DNA of 63,146 nt, counting the filler, from Rhabdomonas costata (Eukaryota), in the NCBI GenBank assembly GCA_019059605.1. It is 40 parts of 40 records of this genome, joined end to end, with 100 filler letters (N's around TTAATTAATTAA, not from the genome) between each part and the next. Parts side by side here need not be neighbours in the genome. Positions count along the whole stretch, not along the records: positions 60,085 to 61,565 come from JAHMHO010014850.1; positions 61,666 to 63,146 come from JAHMHO010014851.1; 38 more parts are not named here. One strand, given 5' to 3'. The translations under genes and the position numbers were made by a program. The notes beneath the pieces are model-generated. The model saw nothing but the letters and a program-made list of their open reading frames with translations, made no database searches and was not told the DNA's origin. Numbering within the stretch: position 1 is the first letter of the stretch; the number at the start of each line of letters is the position of its first letter. This document shows, piece after piece, positions 60,085-63,146 of this stretch.

Positions 60085-61333
60085 TACGACCCGCAGTGCC
60101 CCTTTGTGAGCTTCAAGAAAGTGATCCGGGACATGGCCTCCCCGGTGGAGCTGGTGAGCTTCCACTCCGTGAGCAAGGGCATCATGGGGGAGTGCGGGCT
60201 GCGCGGAGGTTGGGCGTTTCTCTCTGGCGTTCGGCGCTCGAAGGGGGTTTTACACCTCTCAAAAGAAAAACCGTGGGTATTCTTTTCCGCGGAATGGAGC
60301 CGGCAGTATATGTATGACCAGCATTGCGGCGAGAACGCAGTGGGTTGTTGATGCGGGGATGGTGTCTGGTTGTGAATTTTTTGTTTCATCCGTGAGTGGC
60401 AAGCGACAGACATGTGGGGCCTCCATCCAAATAGCCTTTCCTACCTCACCCTTTAAAAACACTCACATCTAACAACTCGCAAAGCCCTGAGCCGGACCTC
60501 CCTTAGCGATGACGTTCTCTGGAAACGGGCTCTGAGTGTCGAAGTATGGGTGTCACTCCATAAGAACTCTTCCCTCTGGCTGTCCCTTCTAAGTGCTTGT
60601 GGGGTCCATCTTTCGCAGGGTACATGGAGCTGGTGAACTTCCTTCCCGAGGTTCTGGAGCAGGTGTACAAGACGGTCTCCGTGGAGCTGTGCTCGAACGT
60701 CCCTGGGCAGATTGTGGTGGAGCTGATGGTGAACCCACCAAAGCCAGGCCCTCATCCACCCGACAGACCTCTTTTCCAAATCCCAGAGTAGGCCAAGACA
60801 CGAGTGTGGTCTTTTTAGGGTAGTGCGCAGCGTTTAACGGAGTAGAGCGAGCTGATAAAAAAAGAAGCTTGAAAAGGTTTCCCTCTGGCTTCTTTGTGTT
60901 TCGGAGTTCCTGTGCTCTTTGAATTTTGTAGATCGAGACCGTCATTGGTGGGTTCCCCACTGCTTGTGCCCTCGTTTGCTATGGTTCATCCAAGCTTGCA
61001 GTGATTAAGGGCTGGGGGGTGCGACGATTCAAGCGAACCTTCAAGAAAAGAAGAATCCCCATCTAAAGCAATGCCAGCGTTTGCAATCTCTGGAGTTCTG
61101 CTTTAGCTGCATGGTGTTAGCGGCGGATGAGCAGGTATTCTTTTGCACTTCCAACAGGCGAGCCGTCACACGCGCAGTGGAAGGCGGAGTTCGACGCGGT
61201 GTACAGCTCCCTGGCGCGCAAGGCCGAAAAGCTGTGCAAGGGCCTGGCGCAGCTGGAGGGCGTGAGCTGCAACCTCAGCGTGGGTGCTATGTACGCATTT
61301 CCGAAGATCTCCTTGGGGCTCCGACAAATCAAG
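60085..61333 (+). CDS. GPT: Alanine aminotransferase (partial, 3 exons)
   Basis: Exons 60085-60208 ([24 protein letters not shown] lysine), 60619-60747 ([22 protein letters not shown]) and 61158-61333 ([25 protein letters not shown]). The second intron is GC-AG. Confidence 0.95.
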
Positions 61334-62347
61334 GTCCGCTCCCTCACTGCGGGGGAATAGGTCCGCTCCCTCACATAGTCGCGATGTAAGAATTTAAGAC
61401 TCACAGTGTTAAATTCGAAATTACGAACTGGGCTGCTGTGTGTGTGGGTTCCTAGTTCCCAGTTCCTAGTTCCCCTAGTTCCCCTAGTTCACCTAGTTCT
61501 CCATTTATCAGCCATGAAGGTCTAAAATTTGTCTCACACAAATCCAATGTCACACACAAAAAAACNNNNNNNNNNNNNNNNNNNNNNNNNNNNNNNNNNN
61601 NNNNNNNNNTTAATTAATTAANNNNNNNNNNNNNNNNNNNNNNNNNNNNNNNNNNNNNNNNNNNNGGGTGTTGGGGTTTCCAGCAACCTGCTGAACGTGA
61701 ACCCATCGACTGAGGAGCTCACTCGGAAACGGCGACTTACTTCGGCTCTTCACCCGACTGGCTGGGTAACTTCTTATGTTCTCATGTCCCCCTGGAACCG
61801 AAGCCTAAGCCATACCAATGAACCTGACACGAGTAAACTGAGCTGGACGGTTGGGGCAGATGCTCGGTGGGATGGTAGTACTCCTGAATTGAGTTTACTG
61901 GCAGCCTCCCAGCCTCCCATCTGGCTGCATCTCACCGTGTGGTTACGTCATCTTGAAAGGTCGATTTTAGGCCTTTTTAAGACCTTTCGCCACAGCAACA
62001 ATTCCAAGGTCTTGACAACAGGCCTGCACACTGAGCCAAAAGCTCTAGGCCGGGGCCGCTTCGCACACCTGGGGGCTCATGAGTACATCATGCGGGTACC
62101 AGATTGGGCAGGAAGTTTCGGTTTCCACCACCAAGAAAGGTGTTCGGCTTTGATAAATTCGATAATATTTTTGTCTTAGTGTTAGTAGTTAAAAAAAAAG
62201 AGAGAAAATTTCATGTACATTGGCCTGGCAGGCGCAGATAAGAACGTGTGTAAAGTGCGTGTGCTAGGCGCACAGCACGCCGGATGATCTGTATTCACGT
62301 GCGCGCGGAAAAGGGCCCCACAAGGACTAACCCAAGCTGTTGGCAAC

Positions 62348-63107
62348 CAAGTGGCCCTTCACGGTGCTGCTGCGGACGGCGACCACATCGATGTTCAGGC
62401 GATAGAGCTGGCTGACCACAAACGACTCCAGGTCGGGGTCCACCCAAGACCCGGTCCAGGCCACATGCACTGTGGCGTTCGGTCGCGCTGCCACCGCACC
62501 AAGAATCCATGCAGAGACCTAAACGCAAGAAAGAGGAATTCAATGGCTACCAATATGCTAGGGGTCCTGCTCTTAAAAACATCTCTGCATAAAAACAAGC
62601 GGAATGGGAGGATGGGAAAACTCAACACTTGATTTGGAAAGGCCAATATATGCAGCAAGAAAAGGGCAACCCACAGGATGCGTTGTTCTGAGAAAAGAAA
62701 GCAGCGGACAGAAAAGACGGATAAAACGGATTAAACGGAAAAGACGGTTAGAACCAACAGCACAAACCCAAAAGGCCAAGAAAAGAAATCCAGAGTGTTG
62801 AAAGCGAGAGGGGGGGGCGAGGTTGGCGATGGAGCCGGGCACGGTGGAAGCAAAACTACACCTGCCGGTATGTCTCAGGGATCGGCACCGGACCTAGCAC
62901 CCCAAGCACTCCCGTCTGCGACGATAGCGCAGCGGCGTACCCCGCTAGGTACATCGGCTGGTACAGCCGAGTGTACCCCACCCCGAAGTTCGGCGTCGCC
63001 GTCTTCCACCCCGAAATGTGCAGGAATATGGTGTTGGGGTACTGCGCCGCCGCTTCGATCATGCAGTCCTGGTAGCCAAAGCTGCAGCCCACAACTAGGT
63101 CAAAGCC
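62348..63107 (-). CDS. BMP/PnrA (basic membrane protein) family solute-binding domain (partial, 2 exons)
   Basis: Exons 63107-62862 (GFDLVVGCSFGYQD..AAQYPNTIFLHISG..YQPMYLAGYAA..GVLG..PIPE) and 62518-62348 (VSAWILGA..RPNATVHVAWTGSWVDPDLE). GT-AG phase-0 intron. Confidence 0.88.
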
Positions 63108-63146
63108 CTGTACAGTAGCGGAAAGAAAGAGAGAAAACACACAACC

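Overview
This window is not a continuous locus. It is 40 unrelated contigs of about 1.48 kb joined by 100-nt artificial linkers (N44-TTAATTAATTAA-N44). Most contigs begin with G/T-only sequence and end with C/A-only sequence, which points to whole-genome amplification from one or a few cells. The DNA is eukaryotic and intron-rich with GC3-rich exons, probably from a flagellated protist; a euglenozoan is inferred, not proven. Recognisable gene fragments include a PRMT10-like methyltransferase, an SCP/NIF phosphatase, GRWD1, a tandem-RRM protein, a DysF+C2 protein, a ZnT1-like CDF transporter, IDE, a PSI-repeat protein, TRRAP, GAR1, a fucosyltransferase, DRC8, a hybrid-kinase receiver domain, a purple acid phosphatase, delta-COP, aconitase, an SLC35A transporter, alanine aminotransferase and an intron-containing BMP/PnrA solute-binding domain. 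There are also decayed DIRS-like retroelements. The most striking signal is at 19036-19962: about 20 back-to-back hairpins with compensatory (covarying) stems, built from tandem GA/GA mismatches, GNA/GNA zippers and GNA triloops, a vocabulary typical of folded single-stranded DNA. Other highlights are a 1325-bp circular or tandem unit carrying two identical box C/D snoRNA-like cores, frequent weak GC-AG introns (one fixed by homology in alanine aminotransferase), and apparent pairing between the two ends of many introns. All calls come from reading by eye; no searches or folding programs were run.
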